The position numbers and the translations under genes are program-made. A stretch of 29,123 nucleotides of DNA from the NCBI GenBank assembly GCA_965657355.1, contig CBFHOE010000008.1, positions 261,678 through 290,800 on the forward strand, read 5' to 3'. The stretch's first letter is position 1. Each line of letters starts with the position of its first letter. This document shows positions 17,446 to 27,286 of the stretch, piece after piece. This DNA comes from Limisphaerales bacterium. GTDB taxonomy: Bacteria > Verrucomicrobiota > Verrucomicrobiia > Limisphaerales > JAJOIW01. A model generated the notes under the pieces. It did not search any database and was not told the origin of the DNA. It saw only the letters and a program-made list of their open reading frames with translations.

Positions 17446-18201
17446 ATGGCAGCAATCGGCCGATTTCAAAAAGGCGATGACATCTTTCATGGTAAAGTTG
17501 TCGACGGTGACCTTTTCAAGATGAAAGGAGACGTTTTTGGTTCTCCATCATTTTTAAAGAAGTCAATGCCCTGGAAAGGGGTGAAGACATTGGTTCCCGT
17601 TGTGCCTACAAAGGTTATCGCGGTAGGTCTCAATTATGCTGACCACGCTGCTGAATCCGGCAAGGAGGTCCCTAAATCGCCTCTTTTTTGGCTCAAAGCA
17701 CCGTCGTCATTGCTCCCTGACGGGGGAAAGGTTGATATTCCTTTTGAAGATCATCGCGTAGATTTTGAGGCGGAATTAGCCATTGTCATCGGCAGAAGAG
17801 TAAGGAACGTCACCCCGGCAGCTGCTGCTCGATACATTCTCGGATACACTGTGGCCCAGGACATTAGTGATAGAGATATACAGAATTCTGAAAGCCAATG
17901 GGCCAGAGCGAAAAGTTTTGATACATTTACGCCACTTGGACCCTACATTGAAACGAAAATTGACCCCCACGGCTTAAAAATACAACTTTTTCAAAACGGG
18001 CAGCTCAGACAGAATTCAACAACATCACAAATGATTTTTAATTGTTTTGAGCTAGTCAGTTTTATCTCCACTAACATGACTTTGTTCCCAGGGGATGTTA
18101 TTTTGACTGGAACTCCACCCGGTGTCGGGCCCATCACGAGTGGAGACAGACTTGAAGTGAGAATCCAGAATCTCAAACCTCTTGTAAATACAGTCAAATA
18201 G
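17446..18201 (+). CDS. Fumarylacetoacetate hydrolase family protein
   Basis: KVIAVGLNYADH, DFEAELAIVIG, DISDRD, WARAKSFDTFTPLGP, PGDVILTGTP; likely start ATG 17446. Confidence 0.93.
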   Translation: MAAIGRFQKGDDIFHGKVVDGDLFKMKGDVFGSPSFLKKSMPWKGVKTLVPVVPTKVIAVGLNYADHAAESGKEVPKSPLFWLKAPSSLLPDGGKVDIPFEDHRVDFEAELAIVIGRRVRNVTPAAAARYILGYTVAQDISDRDIQNSESQWARAKSFDTFTPLGPYIETKIDPHGLKIQLFQNGQLRQNSTTSQMIFNCFELVSFISTNMTLFPGDVILTGTPPGVGPITSGDRLEVRIQNLKPLVNTVK

Positions 18202-18329
18202 TCTATCCAGCTAGGCCTGATTTTTGGCGACCAATTCCTCACTATGTCACGTGAGATTTAATTTTATCCGGTGTGCAATCTGTCAAAGTGCTTGATTTAG
18301 TCTGAGCAAGCAGGGTTAATTGCTTTCTT

Positions 18330-20081
18330 ATGCATTGGAGTAAAGCACTAATTCCCACACTGAAAGAGAGCCCATCTGAAGCTGAGATTGTCTCACACAA
18401 GCTCTTGCTAAGGGCGGGTTTGGTTAGAAAGCTGACCGGAGGACTCTATACGTTTCTTCCACTTGGAGTGAAAGTGTTAAGAAAGGTAGAGAGTATTATC
18501 AGGGAAGAGATGATCAGGGCAGGGGCAATGGAAGTCTTCATGCCCGCCTTGCAACCTCCTGAAATTTGGCAAAAAAGCGGCCGCTACGAAGCTGCAAAAG
18601 ATGTGCTTTTTAAGGTCAATGACCGGGCGAAGAAGGAATGGGTTTTGGGGCCAACGCATGAGGAGGTTATAACCAGCGTCGTTGCCGGCGAAATTAACTC
18701 ATATAAGCAACTTCCAAAGAATTTTTTCCAAATCCAAACAAAATTTCGTGACGAGATACGACCGCGGTTCGGTTTAATGCGAGCCAAAGAATTCATCATG
18801 AAAGATGCCTACAGCTTTGATTGTGATGACGATGGGGCCAATTCAAGCTACAGGTCTATGTATGATGCCTACGTGCGTATTTTTAAAAGGTGTGGATTGA
18901 TTGCCCTTCCGGTAGAAGCAGACACAGGCGTTATGGGAGGGAGTTTCTCACACGAGTTTATGGTGCCTGCGGAAACGGGAGAAGATTTTATGGTCTATTG
19001 CGAGTCCAGCGGTTATGCGGCCAACTTAGAAAAGGCCACCAGCAAATTGGGGCCAGAATCCACAGGGCCGGCTGGTGCAACGGAATCACCGATAGAGGAA
19101 TTTGAAACCCCGGGTGTCAAAACTATAGAGGATTTAACCCGCGAACCTTACGGCATTCCCGCGGCCCACCAAATTAAAACTTTAGTATTCATTGCTGAAT
19201 CCAAACCCATCATATTATTAATTCGCGGGGATCATCAATTGAACGAAGCAAAGACAGCGGCGGCGATAGGTACTGCTGAATTTAGACCTGCGGAGCCGCG
19301 TGAGATTCGCGACTTATTGGGTGCTTCACCTGGAAGCTTGGGTGCTGTTGGGATCACTGGTGCTCCAATTTATGTCGATGCCATCTTGGATGGAAGCAAA
19401 GGAATGATAACTGGAGCAAATAAAGATGGGTTTCATGTTCGCAATGTTTCTGTTTCACGGGATATTTCCGCTGCCAAATGCGTAGATCTCAGAAACGTGG
19501 AAGAAGGTGAACCCTGTCCCAAAAGCGGTGAACCCCTAAAAATCCGGAGATCTATTGAAGTCGGTCATGTCTTCAAATTAGGAACCAAATACTCTGAAAG
19601 GCTTGGTGCTCAATTTCTTGATGCAAACGGGAAAACGCAACCAGCGATTATGGGGTGTTATGGAATTGGTGTTACCCGCACGCTTCAAGCGGTCATAGAG
19701 CAAAGCAATGATAAGTTCGGGATTTCTTGGCCAGTATCTATAGCTCCATTCGAGGTCTGCATAACAGCTCTGGACATTCATCCAGATTCAAAACCAATGC
19801 AAATAGCAACCTCCATTTACTCAGAGCTCCAGCATCTAGGGGTCGATGTTATTCTCGATGACAGGGATTTGAGACCAGGTTTTAAATTCAAGGATTCTGA
19901 GTTGGTTGGCTTTCCTTTGCGCCTGGGTATCGGTGAAAAGGGCTTGGCCAAAGGAGGCGTTGAATTCAAGCCTCGAGACGGTGAATTGGAAATCATTCCA
20001 CCGGAAGATGTCGTTGAAAAGACCATGCAGTGGTTGAAAGAAAAAGCAGATGCTCTCAATCCAGACCTGTCGGAGGTATGA
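18330..20081 (+). CDS. proS: Proline--tRNA ligase (bacterial type, with insertion editing domain)
   Basis: SHKLLLRAG, LGPTHEE, KFRDEIRPRFGLMRAKEF.MKDAYSF, EVGHVFKLGTKYS, MGCYGIGVTR. Confidence 0.98.
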   Translation: MHWSKALIPTLKESPSEAEIVSHKLLLRAGLVRKLTGGLYTFLPLGVKVLRKVESIIREEMIRAGAMEVFMPALQPPEIWQKSGRYEAAKDVLFKVNDRAKKEWVLGPTHEEVITSVVAGEINSYKQLPKNFFQIQTKFRDEIRPRFGLMRAKEFIMKDAYSFDCDDDGANSSYRSMYDAYVRIFKRCGLIALPVEADTGVMGGSFSHEFMVPAETGEDFMVYCESSGYAANLEKATSKLGPESTGPAGATESPIEEFETPGVKTIEDLTREPYGIPAAHQIKTLVFIAESKPIILLIRGDHQLNEAKTAAAIGTAEFRPAEPREIRDLLGASPGSLGAVGITGAPIYVDAILDGSKGMITGANKDGFHVRNVSVSRDISAAKCVDLRNVEEGEPCPKSGEPLKIRRSIEVGHVFKLGTKYSERLGAQFLDANGKTQPAIMGCYGIGVTRTLQAVIEQSNDKFGISWPVSIAPFEVCITALDIHPDSKPMQIATSIYSELQHLGVDVILDDRDLRPGFKFKDSELVGFPLRLGIGEKGLAKGGVEFKPRDGELEIIPPEDVVEKTMQWLKEKADALNPDLSEV

Positions 20082-20092
20082 AATTTTCAGAT

Positions 20093-20110
20093 CTGTCAGG
20101 AAAAAGTCAC
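20093..20110 (+). promoter_or_regulatory. Candidate Pho box upstream of phoX
   Basis: CTGTCAG-GAAA-AAGTCAC: GTCA repeated at an 11-bp period, resembling CTGTCAT-A(A/T)A(A/T)-CTGTCA(C/T). Confidence 0.4.
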
Positions 20111-20178
20111 CGAAAGCATACAATTGTAAAATATATTTCAGGTGCTGCTATTAATAAGATTTAAATAAACCATCTCAC

Positions 20179-21582
20179 ATGATACGAAGACGCTCATTCT
20201 TAAAACAATCTGCTGGAGTTACTCTAGGTTTTTTTGGATTACACAGACTCATTGAAAATAGTCTTGGCGATCAAAAATATGAAAACCAAGTTCCCGGCTA
20301 TGGCTTGCTTGAGAAAGACCCTCAAAGGATCATCGACCTTCCACCGGGGTTTTCCTACAAAATCGTAAGTCGAAGTGGGACCAAAATGCATGGCGGTCTA
20401 TTCGTCCCTGGAAAGCCTGATGGAATGGCAGCTTTTCATGGCCCAGATGGAACAATTACGCTCGTAAGAAATCATGAATTGTCGCCAGAGCAGGTCTTCG
20501 ATGGGCCATTCGGATTAAGAAATCAATTAAAGTCCAAGGTTCCGGGCTCAAAATTTTATGATATTGGAAAAGGTGCTTTTCCTCATTTAGGTGGCACTAC
20601 AAATATCGTATACGACCCAAATTCGGATACGGTAGTTCACGAGTTTCTCAGCCTCGCAGGAACCTCTCGTAATTGCGCCGGGGGGCCAACTCCATGGGGG
20701 AGTTGGGTGACCTCTGAAGAACCAGGATCACTAGGCAAAGGCCAATTCGGAGCCAAGGGCCATGGCTACAATTTCGAGGTTCCATCTTTTTCGACTCCTA
20801 ACATCGCAGATCCAATTCCACTCAAAGCCATGGGAAGATTTAGGCATGAGGCGGTCGCTGTGGACCCTAAATCGGGCATTGTTTTTCAAACTGAAGATCG
20901 AGATGACGGGCTGATTTATCGCTATATTCCTTTTGAAAAAGGAAATCTGTCCGCCGGAGGTAAACTCCAGGCTTTATGTATCCGAGATAAAAAAACATTT
21001 GATACTCGTAATTGGGAAAATGCAGGAGGAAAAGTTGTCGCCCAAAGTGATGTTTTAGATGTTTCTTGGGTGGACATGGAAGACATCGATAATGAGGATG
21101 ATAAGCTCAGGGTGAGAGGTTCGGAAGCTGGAGCAGCGGTCTTTGCTCGAGGTGAAGGCATGTGGTATGGCGGCGGGAGCGTTTATTTTGCCTGTACGAG
21201 CGGTGGTGAACTCAAAAATGGTCAGATTTGGAAATACACTCCCAGCCCTTATGAAGGGTCAAGTTTAGAGGAGAAATTCCCGGGTAAGCTTGAGCTTTAT
21301 ATTGAATCCACAAAAGCGACTCTGTTAGAACGTGCAGATAATCTCACAGTGGCACCTTGGGGTGACCTAGTTATTGCAGAAGATGGTCCTGACAATCAGT
21401 TCCTTCGAGGTGTTACTTCTGAGGGAAAATTGTATACTCTGGCAAAAAATAGGTTCAACAACTCCGAGTTTGCTGGTGTTTGTTTTGCTCCTGAGCACGC
21501 GATTTTGTTTGTGAATATCCAAACACCAGGTATTACTTTAGCCATAACGGGTCCGTGGGAGCGATACGCAAAGGCTTCATAA
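20179..21582 (+). CDS. phoX: PhoX-family (DUF839) alkaline phosphatase, Tat-exported
   Basis: Twin-arginine signal RRRSFLK; PDGM, RNHE, NCAGGPTPWGSW.T.EE, GRFRHEA, RGEG, ADN, EDG, SEFAG, NIQ.PG. Confidence 0.9.
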   Translation: MIRRRSFLKQSAGVTLGFFGLHRLIENSLGDQKYENQVPGYGLLEKDPQRIIDLPPGFSYKIVSRSGTKMHGGLFVPGKPDGMAAFHGPDGTITLVRNHELSPEQVFDGPFGLRNQLKSKVPGSKFYDIGKGAFPHLGGTTNIVYDPNSDTVVHEFLSLAGTSRNCAGGPTPWGSWVTSEEPGSLGKGQFGAKGHGYNFEVPSFSTPNIADPIPLKAMGRFRHEAVAVDPKSGIVFQTEDRDDGLIYRYIPFEKGNLSAGGKLQALCIRDKKTFDTRNWENAGGKVVAQSDVLDVSWVDMEDIDNEDDKLRVRGSEAGAAVFARGEGMWYGGGSVYFACTSGGELKNGQIWKYTPSPYEGSSLEEKFPGKLELYIESTKATLLERADNLTVAPWGDLVIAEDGPDNQFLRGVTSEGKLYTLAKNRFNNSEFAGVCFAPEHAILFVNIQTPGITLAITGPWERYAKAS

Positions 21583-21612
21583 ATACCTTTTTCAAAAATA
21601 AAATTAGAAATG

Positions 21613-22080
21613 CTAAACGGGTGATTTGGTTTTTGCTATCAGTTTAATGTCACTGATCGTCATAGATTTATCAACAGCCTTGCACATGTCGTAAATAGTC
21701 AGTGCTGCTGCCGAAACTGCCGTTAGAGCTTCCATTTCAATTCCAGTTTTTGCCTGAATAGCTGCAGTAGCTTTTATCTCGATAAAAGGCTTAGGTTCTG
21801 AAAAAACTTCAAATTCAACATCAGAAAATTCAATAGGCAGTGGGTGGCATAGAGGAATCCATTCACCTGTTTTCTTTGTCGCTTGGATACCCGCTATCCG
21901 TGCCGTTTCAAAAACATTTCCTTTTGGAATAGATTTTTTGGTTATGAGATCTAGCGTTTTCTGTTCAATATAAATTTTTCCTGTAGCGATGGCTTTGCGA
22001 TTCATGATCGGTTTTGCTGAGACATCCACCATCTTAACTCTGCCATCATCTGCAATATGAGATAATTTATTCCTGTCCAT
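21613..22080 (-). CDS. moaC: Cyclic pyranopterin monophosphate synthase
   Basis: LSH....G...MVDVS.K, ARIAGI.A.K.T..IPLCHP, TGIEMEALT, LTIYDMCKAVD; ATG 22080 avoids overlap with panB. Confidence 0.96.
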   Translation of the reverse strand: MDRNKLSHIADDGRVKMVDVSAKPIMNRKAIATGKIYIEQKTLDLITKKSIPKGNVFETARIAGIQATKKTGEWIPLCHPLPIEFSDVEFEVFSEPKPFIEIKATAAIQAKTGIEMEALTAVSAAALTIYDMCKAVDKSMTISDIKLIAKTKSPV

Positions 22081-22103
22081 ATCAAAAATTATTGCATCAA
22101 AAT

Positions 22104-22868
22104 TTAGATATTCTGCCTCCACTCTGAAAGAGTTTGAACCATGAGTTCAAAATAATGAACCGGAGGAGAAACGTGCTTAGGAAAAGGGCCTGGGCCCAGG
22201 CCCAAAATGTCGTGTAAGACCAAAATTTGGCCATCACATGCATCGCCGGCTCCAATACCGATAGTTGGAATATTCAGTGAGGCAGTGATTTCATTAGCAA
22301 GGGCAGGAGGGACTAATTCCAAAACAATTCCAAATGCTCCAGCTTCTTGAATTCTCAAAGCATCTTTTTTAATGAGTTCAGCCTCCCGATTCGTTTTCCC
22401 TCTGACTTTAAATCCTCCATCTAGATGGGCCGTTTGAGGGAGAAGGCCTGCATGGCCGAGGACGTGAAATCCTTCATTATTCAATGCTTTAAGCTGAGGA
22501 AATATGGATTCGCCTCCTTCTAATTTAATAGCTTCTGCTCCCGCCTTGATAAAGGCATCAGCATGAGTCAGCGCCATTTCAGTTGTGGTATAAGAATTGG
22601 CGGGTAAGTCGGCGACGATTAAGGATTTCGGCTCAGCTCTCTTAACCGCCTTGATGTGGTGAATCATTTCATCCACAGTGACTTCCGTGGTATCTTTTTG
22701 ACCCAATACGACATTTCCCAGCGAATCGCCAATCAAAAGGATGTCTACCCCAGCTTCGTTCACTAATTTAGCCTGAGGGTAGTCGTATGCAGTAAGAGCA
22801 GAGATTTTTTCTCCACGTTTCTTTTTCTCAATGAGTTCTAAAATGAGATCGTTTTTATCGGTATTCAC
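22104..22868 (-). CDS. panB: 3-methyl-2-oxobutanoate hydroxymethyltransferase
   Basis: LTAYDY, LIGDSLG, ADLP, KLEGG, GHAGLLPQ, PTIGIGAG..CDGQILV..D; GTG start. Confidence 0.97.
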   Translation of the reverse strand: MNTDKNDLILELIEKKKRGEKISALTAYDYPQAKLVNEAGVDILLIGDSLGNVVLGQKDTTEVTVDEMIHHIKAVKRAEPKSLIVADLPANSYTTTEMALTHADAFIKAGAEAIKLEGGESIFPQLKALNNEGFHVLGHAGLLPQTAHLDGGFKVRGKTNREAELIKKDALRIQEAGAFGIVLELVPPALANEITASLNIPTIGIGAGDACDGQILVLHDILGLGPGPFPKHVSPPVHYFELMVQTLSEWRQNI

Positions 22869-23145
22869 AATTTAATGGCAAATGAATCCTGTATCTTAAA
22901 AAGCTGACATAAAAATAATTTTGCAAGAACATTCTAAGTATATCAACTGGCACCTTATAGGGCTGGTTAATTATCTGACCCTTTTTGGTCGCAAATTCCC
23001 AATAAATTCTCGAAAAAGATGTCAGGTGAGATACCGGTTGCTATCGGTTTTTACAGGCGATTTTAAGATACTGAAAACTCGAGTTGAAGTCTTCTGAAAT
23101 TTGGTATTAATAATCCTACTATTCGACGGAAAGAACTGCTTCACC

Positions 23146-23772
23146 ATGACAGTTATATTCGACTTAGACTACACCTTATTGGATACAGATGCATTTAAAA
23201 ATGCTTTGTGCGCATCACTGGGAATCACCATTGAAGAATTTAATGGTCATTCCAAAGAGCTTTTTTCGGGGCCACCACCGAGGCATTATGATCTTCATGA
23301 CCATATTAGGTATTTGGTTGGTCCAAACTCCAGTTCCATTGAAGCATTACATCAAGCATGCGACGATGAAATTAAGAAACGGATGGACAAGTTTTTATTT
23401 CCCGATTCATGTAAACTCGTCGATAATTTTATAAATGCCGGTTGGGACGTGCATCTTATGACTTTGGGGTCTCCTAGGTTTCAAGAATGGAAAGTTGCGG
23501 GTCTGCATTCTTTAAATTCAAAATTTTCTAAAATAATATATGTCGGGACTAAAAAGCTCGATTTTTTATACGACTACTTCAAATCGGAGGACATTGTACT
23601 TTTGGTCAATGACAATGCTCGTGAGTCACTAGAAATCGTACAATCTTTGCCCAAATTAACAATTGCTCTAGTCGATGGGGGATATTGTCATAATGTAGAT
23701 CATGGTTTGGAGACTTTTAAACTTGCACAGATCGATCCTTCACAGTTCTCTAGCACTGATTTAAGTCAATGA
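23146..23772 (+). CDS. HAD-superfamily hydrolase
   Basis: Motif I VIFDLDYTLLDT, motif II LMTLG, motif III K (TKK), motif IV VNDN; start ATG 23146. Confidence 0.75.
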   Translation: MTVIFDLDYTLLDTDAFKNALCASLGITIEEFNGHSKELFSGPPPRHYDLHDHIRYLVGPNSSSIEALHQACDDEIKKRMDKFLFPDSCKLVDNFINAGWDVHLMTLGSPRFQEWKVAGLHSLNSKFSKIIYVGTKKLDFLYDYFKSEDIVLLVNDNARESLEIVQSLPKLTIALVDGGYCHNVDHGLETFKLAQIDPSQFSSTDLSQ

Positions 23773-24308
23773 ACGATTACTCAAAAGATCCAAAGTCAGT
23801 CATCGAGGTCAAGGGTTCTGAGCTTCACGGCAAAGGAGTCTTCGCTATCCGGCGTATTGAAAAAGGTAGCAGAGTCATACGCTACAAAGGCCAAAAGATT
23901 ACAAATGAAGAGGGGGCCGAGCGGTATGACGAGGATAAAATGGAAAGCCACCATACCTTTTTGTTCTGCTTGGACGATGATTATTGCCTCGATGGAGGAA
24001 AAAAAGGAAATGAGGCCCGCTTTATCAATCATTCCTGTAATCCTAACTGCGAGGCGATTCAGGAAGGTAATAAGATCTTTATTGACGCCATAAAGAAAAT
24101 TCGACCTGGTCAGGAACTTACATTTGACTATGCCCTTCACAGTGATGGGCAATTATCTGATGATTGGGAAGAATTCTATTCATGCGGATGTGGCTCCAAA
24201 AATTGTCGAGGTGTGATGCTTTCCGCCGAGGAAATAAAAGGAAAGAAAAAAACTAAATCTTCCCCAAAAAACAAAAAGACCAAAAAAACTAAAAAGAAGA
24301 AAGGTTAA
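23769..24308 (+). CDS. SET-domain protein-lysine methyltransferase with post-SET Cys motif and Lys-rich tail
   Basis: HGKGVFA, YKG, ARFINHSCNPNC, ELTFDY, CGCGSKNCRG; C-terminus KGKKKTKSSPKNKKTKKTKKKKG; ATGA overlap with the HAD gene. Confidence 0.93.
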   Translation: MNDYSKDPKSVIEVKGSELHGKGVFAIRRIEKGSRVIRYKGQKITNEEGAERYDEDKMESHHTFLFCLDDDYCLDGGKKGNEARFINHSCNPNCEAIQEGNKIFIDAIKKIRPGQELTFDYALHSDGQLSDDWEEFYSCGCGSKNCRGVMLSAEEIKGKKKTKSSPKNKKTKKTKKKKG

Positions 24309-24325
24309 GGCATTTGGGACTCGCT

Positions 24326-25228
24326 TTATTTACTAACATGTCCGTTTGCTTTGAATGATCTGTTGAGGTAACTCATAAAGAGCTCCGATCTGGTCGCTTT
24401 CTCGATATTATTTAATCTTCTGTATGAATCTGCAAGATTTGAGCATATACGGAGCAGTGTTGAGCGACTAGTCGTGGGCGATAATAGCGAGTTTTTAAAT
24501 TCCAGCCCTAAAGCTACAGCCAACCTCATACAATCTCTTCGAGTAAGAATTCTCCCTTTGTTATATGGGTCAATATATATCTCCTCCTTATTATTTTGAA
24601 AGCGAATCAGGAAGTGCCCAGGAATCCCAATCCCGGTAATAGGGAGATGAAGGCGTAAGCCTAAAAGCCAAATAAGTGCCGACATTCCGACTGGATTCCC
24701 TTTACGATTATCAATCACTTTATTGATGTAATTGTTTTCAGGTGAATAATAGTCGTCCTGGTTCCCTCCAAATCCCTCCTCTTCAAAGAGGTATCGATTA
24801 ATTTCCTCGATGATGTCATGTGGGCTTTCGAGGTGCACAATTCGATCAAGGATAGATGAAACAAAATAATCAAGGAGTGCTTTATACCCATCTACGTTGA
24901 TGTGTGGGTATTCAGTTTTGGCAAGAGCAAATAAGCCTTCCTCTAGGTCAAGGTGCTCCGGCTGGGTGTGGCAGAACATCAGAAAATGCGCTTTACTGCA
25001 CATTGAAAAATGTTTGCTTATAAGCATCATCGCATTATTTCTAACCGTATGTGTATTCGATAGACGACATGCCTTCAGCCACTCTAGGTATTTATCTGGA
25101 TTTTTGAGAATGAGATTTTGAATGGCCTCGTAAGTCTTCGGATCCTCATCACCGAGCAAAATTTCAAGATTTCTTCTTTCATCCTTACTGAGGAGACTTG
25201 CCTGAGATTTCTTTATTAATTTGTTCAT
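24326..25228 (-). CDS. SirB1/YchA-like (transglutaminase-like core) protein
   Basis: INRYLFEEEGFGGNQDDYY.PEN.YI..VI..RKG.P, GIGIPGHFL, IDPYNKG, LLRICSNL. Confidence 0.85.
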   Translation of the reverse strand: MNKLIKKSQASLLSKDERRNLEILLGDEDPKTYEAIQNLILKNPDKYLEWLKACRLSNTHTVRNNAMMLISKHFSMCSKAHFLMFCHTQPEHLDLEEGLFALAKTEYPHINVDGYKALLDYFVSSILDRIVHLESPHDIIEEINRYLFEEEGFGGNQDDYYSPENNYINKVIDNRKGNPVGMSALIWLLGLRLHLPITGIGIPGHFLIRFQNNKEEIYIDPYNKGRILTRRDCMRLAVALGLEFKNSLLSPTTSRSTLLRICSNLADSYRRLNNIEKATRSELFMSYLNRSFKANGHVSK

Positions 25229-25238
25229 TGTTGGCCTT

Positions 25239-25580
25239 TCAAATCAAATGAAACTTTTCGGTCTCAATCGGATTGTGGGTATTAATGGTATGGACTGTCC
25301 TTCCAAAATGACTCGGTAACCTTTTTTCGAACTCGAAGACTTTTTTGTGGATCACCTTCATTTCTAGTTTGTAATTTTGATAACTGGAGTGAAATTTCGC
25401 ACAACCGAGATATGTGGATACGAGGACAAAATCTAAGACCAGCACCAAATGGGCGTGGTATGGGATACCATGTGAGATAACATAGGATTCAAATAAAATT
25501 TGTCCCCATGTGAGTATGAATGCGGATAATGCCAAAAAAGGTAAATTCCACAATCTACGGCTCTGATTGCCGAGGTGCAT
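25239..25580 (-). CDS. Hypothetical membrane protein (two predicted TM helices)
   Basis: ORF from ATG 25580 (or GTG 25604); two hydrophobic stretches; stops 10 nt before the SirB1-like gene, consistent with an operon. Confidence 0.45.
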   Translation of the reverse strand: MHLGNQSRRLWNLPFLALSAFILTWGQILFESYVISHGIPYHAHLVLVLDFVLVSTYLGCAKFHSSYQNYKLEMKVIHKKVFEFEKRLPSHFGRTVHTINTHNPIETEKFHLI

Positions 25581-25778
25581 GGCCAAATAATAAACACCTC
25601 TCACCAGCTGAAAAGACCATTTCTTCGCTATTTATTCACAAGTTATTTGCGAATATGCCATTTTAGCGGATCGGCGTGACTTTGGGAAAATCCCAAAAAA
25701 CTTTTGGTTGAGAATATTTATTTCCCCGCCGTCACGTTTTGCTCAGCTAAACTCCATTCATTTGAAGTTTAGCTGGTA

Positions 25779-27260
25779 TCAGCCCAAGTCGCAGATTGAT
25801 AGAAATTTTTTCCACACTGTCTCTTCGTCAGACCTCAAGTTAGGGGTATAGTTTTTCACTTGGAATGAGTCATGCACCAATTTTCGAATTTCACGCAGGC
25901 TAGACCCAGTTAACGTAGCATGCTGAATTAAAACATTACCGAGAGCTGTCGCCTCAACTGGGCCCGCTGCAACTTTCACTTTGCAAATATCAGCGGCAAG
26001 TTGGTTTAATAATTCATGCTGACTTCCACCTCCTACGATGTGCAAAACATCGGATTTTTTTCCTGTGAGTTGTTCCAATTCAATGAGAGTTTTTCGATAG
26101 AGTAGGGCAAGACTATCAAGCGCACATCTCAGAAATTGCCCTTTGCTATTTGGTTCTGGCTGACCTGTCTCATTGCAGAATTTTCTCATGGCGTTTGTCA
26201 TTGAATCTGGAGCTATAAATTCATGTGACGATGGGTTAATGAGCGAGCGAAACCCCTCGGCCTCCGATGCCAAATCTGACATCTCTTTGTATGACAGGTC
26301 TTCGCCTTGTTTGAGCCACTCTCTCCGGCACTCCTGTATTAGCCACATCCCGCTGATATTTTTTAATAATCTAATGGAATGTCCATAGCCTACCTCATTA
26401 GTGAAATTGAATTCTCGGCACATTGGAGTCAAGATCGGCTCACGAAGTTCTAGTCCCATTAAAGACCAGGTACCTGATGAGAGGTAAGCCCAATTATTTC
26501 CCTCTGCAGGTATAGCTGCAACAGCAGCTCCAGTGTCGTGGCTACAAGTAGCAATAATAAAAGGGGGAGATCCTTTATGCCCAATTCTATCTTGGATTTC
26601 CTTCTTAAGTCTGCCAATGGTTTTCCCTGATTCTACGATCTCAGGGAACATGCTTTTTCTTAAGCCTGTTTTTTCTATAACCCTATCAGACCATTTCTTT
26701 TTATGGGGGTTGTATATCTGTGTGGTGCTGGCCATGGAAACTTCATAAACAGGCCTGCCGCCTAGTTTGTGATTAATAGCATCTCCAACGCCCAAGATAG
26801 TTTTCGCTTTATTAAGTTTAGCCTCCGGCTCCGCCATGACCTGGTAAAGTGTATTTAAAGGCATGTGCTGAATACCGGTTTCTGAGTACAAATTTTCTAG
26901 AGATATTTTATCGAATGTATTTCTGACCCCTTGTTCTGTGCGGGAATCTCTATAATGGTGTCCTGGTAAAATCCACTCACTCTGATCATCAAATAGGATA
27001 TAATCTACCCCCCAAGAATCTACGCTGATGGACTTTGGTTCAAAGCCTTCTTTGATTGCTTTTTCCAGTCCGATAATGCTGTTTTCTAGGAGTTCATCAT
27101 GGTGCCAAAACATACTCCCGTCATCATTTTTTGAGACACGATTCTGGAATCGATGCAGCTCAGTTAATTGAACCGCACTATTTGAAACTTCACCTGCTAT
27201 GACTCGACCACTTTCCGCACCCAGATCGATAGCCAGATAACATCCCGAGACTTGATTCAT
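25779..27260 (-). CDS. rhaB: Rhamnulokinase/fuculokinase (FGGY family)
   Basis: LAIDLGAESGR, DSWGVDY, YRDSRT, NTLYQ, SHDTGAAV, SSGTWSL, NEVG, KNISGMW, GGGS, GPVEATALGN. Confidence 0.9.
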   Translation of the reverse strand: MNQVSGCYLAIDLGAESGRVIAGEVSNSAVQLTELHRFQNRVSKNDDGSMFWHHDELLENSIIGLEKAIKEGFEPKSISVDSWGVDYILFDDQSEWILPGHHYRDSRTEQGVRNTFDKISLENLYSETGIQHMPLNTLYQVMAEPEAKLNKAKTILGVGDAINHKLGGRPVYEVSMASTTQIYNPHKKKWSDRVIEKTGLRKSMFPEIVESGKTIGRLKKEIQDRIGHKGSPPFIIATCSHDTGAAVAAIPAEGNNWAYLSSGTWSLMGLELREPILTPMCREFNFTNEVGYGHSIRLLKNISGMWLIQECRREWLKQGEDLSYKEMSDLASEAEGFRSLINPSSHEFIAPDSMTNAMRKFCNETGQPEPNSKGQFLRCALDSLALLYRKTLIELEQLTGKKSDVLHIVGGGSQHELLNQLAADICKVKVAAGPVEATALGNVLIQHATLTGSSLREIRKLVHDSFQVKNYTPNLRSDEETVWKKFLSICDLG

Positions 27261-27286
27261 ATTCCCTTTCTTTAGCTGAAATTAAT

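Noticed and set aside
22081..22122. Apparent panB/moaC overlap and N-terminal extensions of uvrB, S8, FAH, HAD and aldolase in the ORF track
   Set aside because: Artefacts of longest-ORF start choice; downstream ATGs match where family homology or the signal peptide begins.
22948..22964. TGGCACCTTATAGGGC as a sigma-54 promoter for HAD-SET
   Set aside because: GG-to-GC spacing is 11 nt rather than the required 10.
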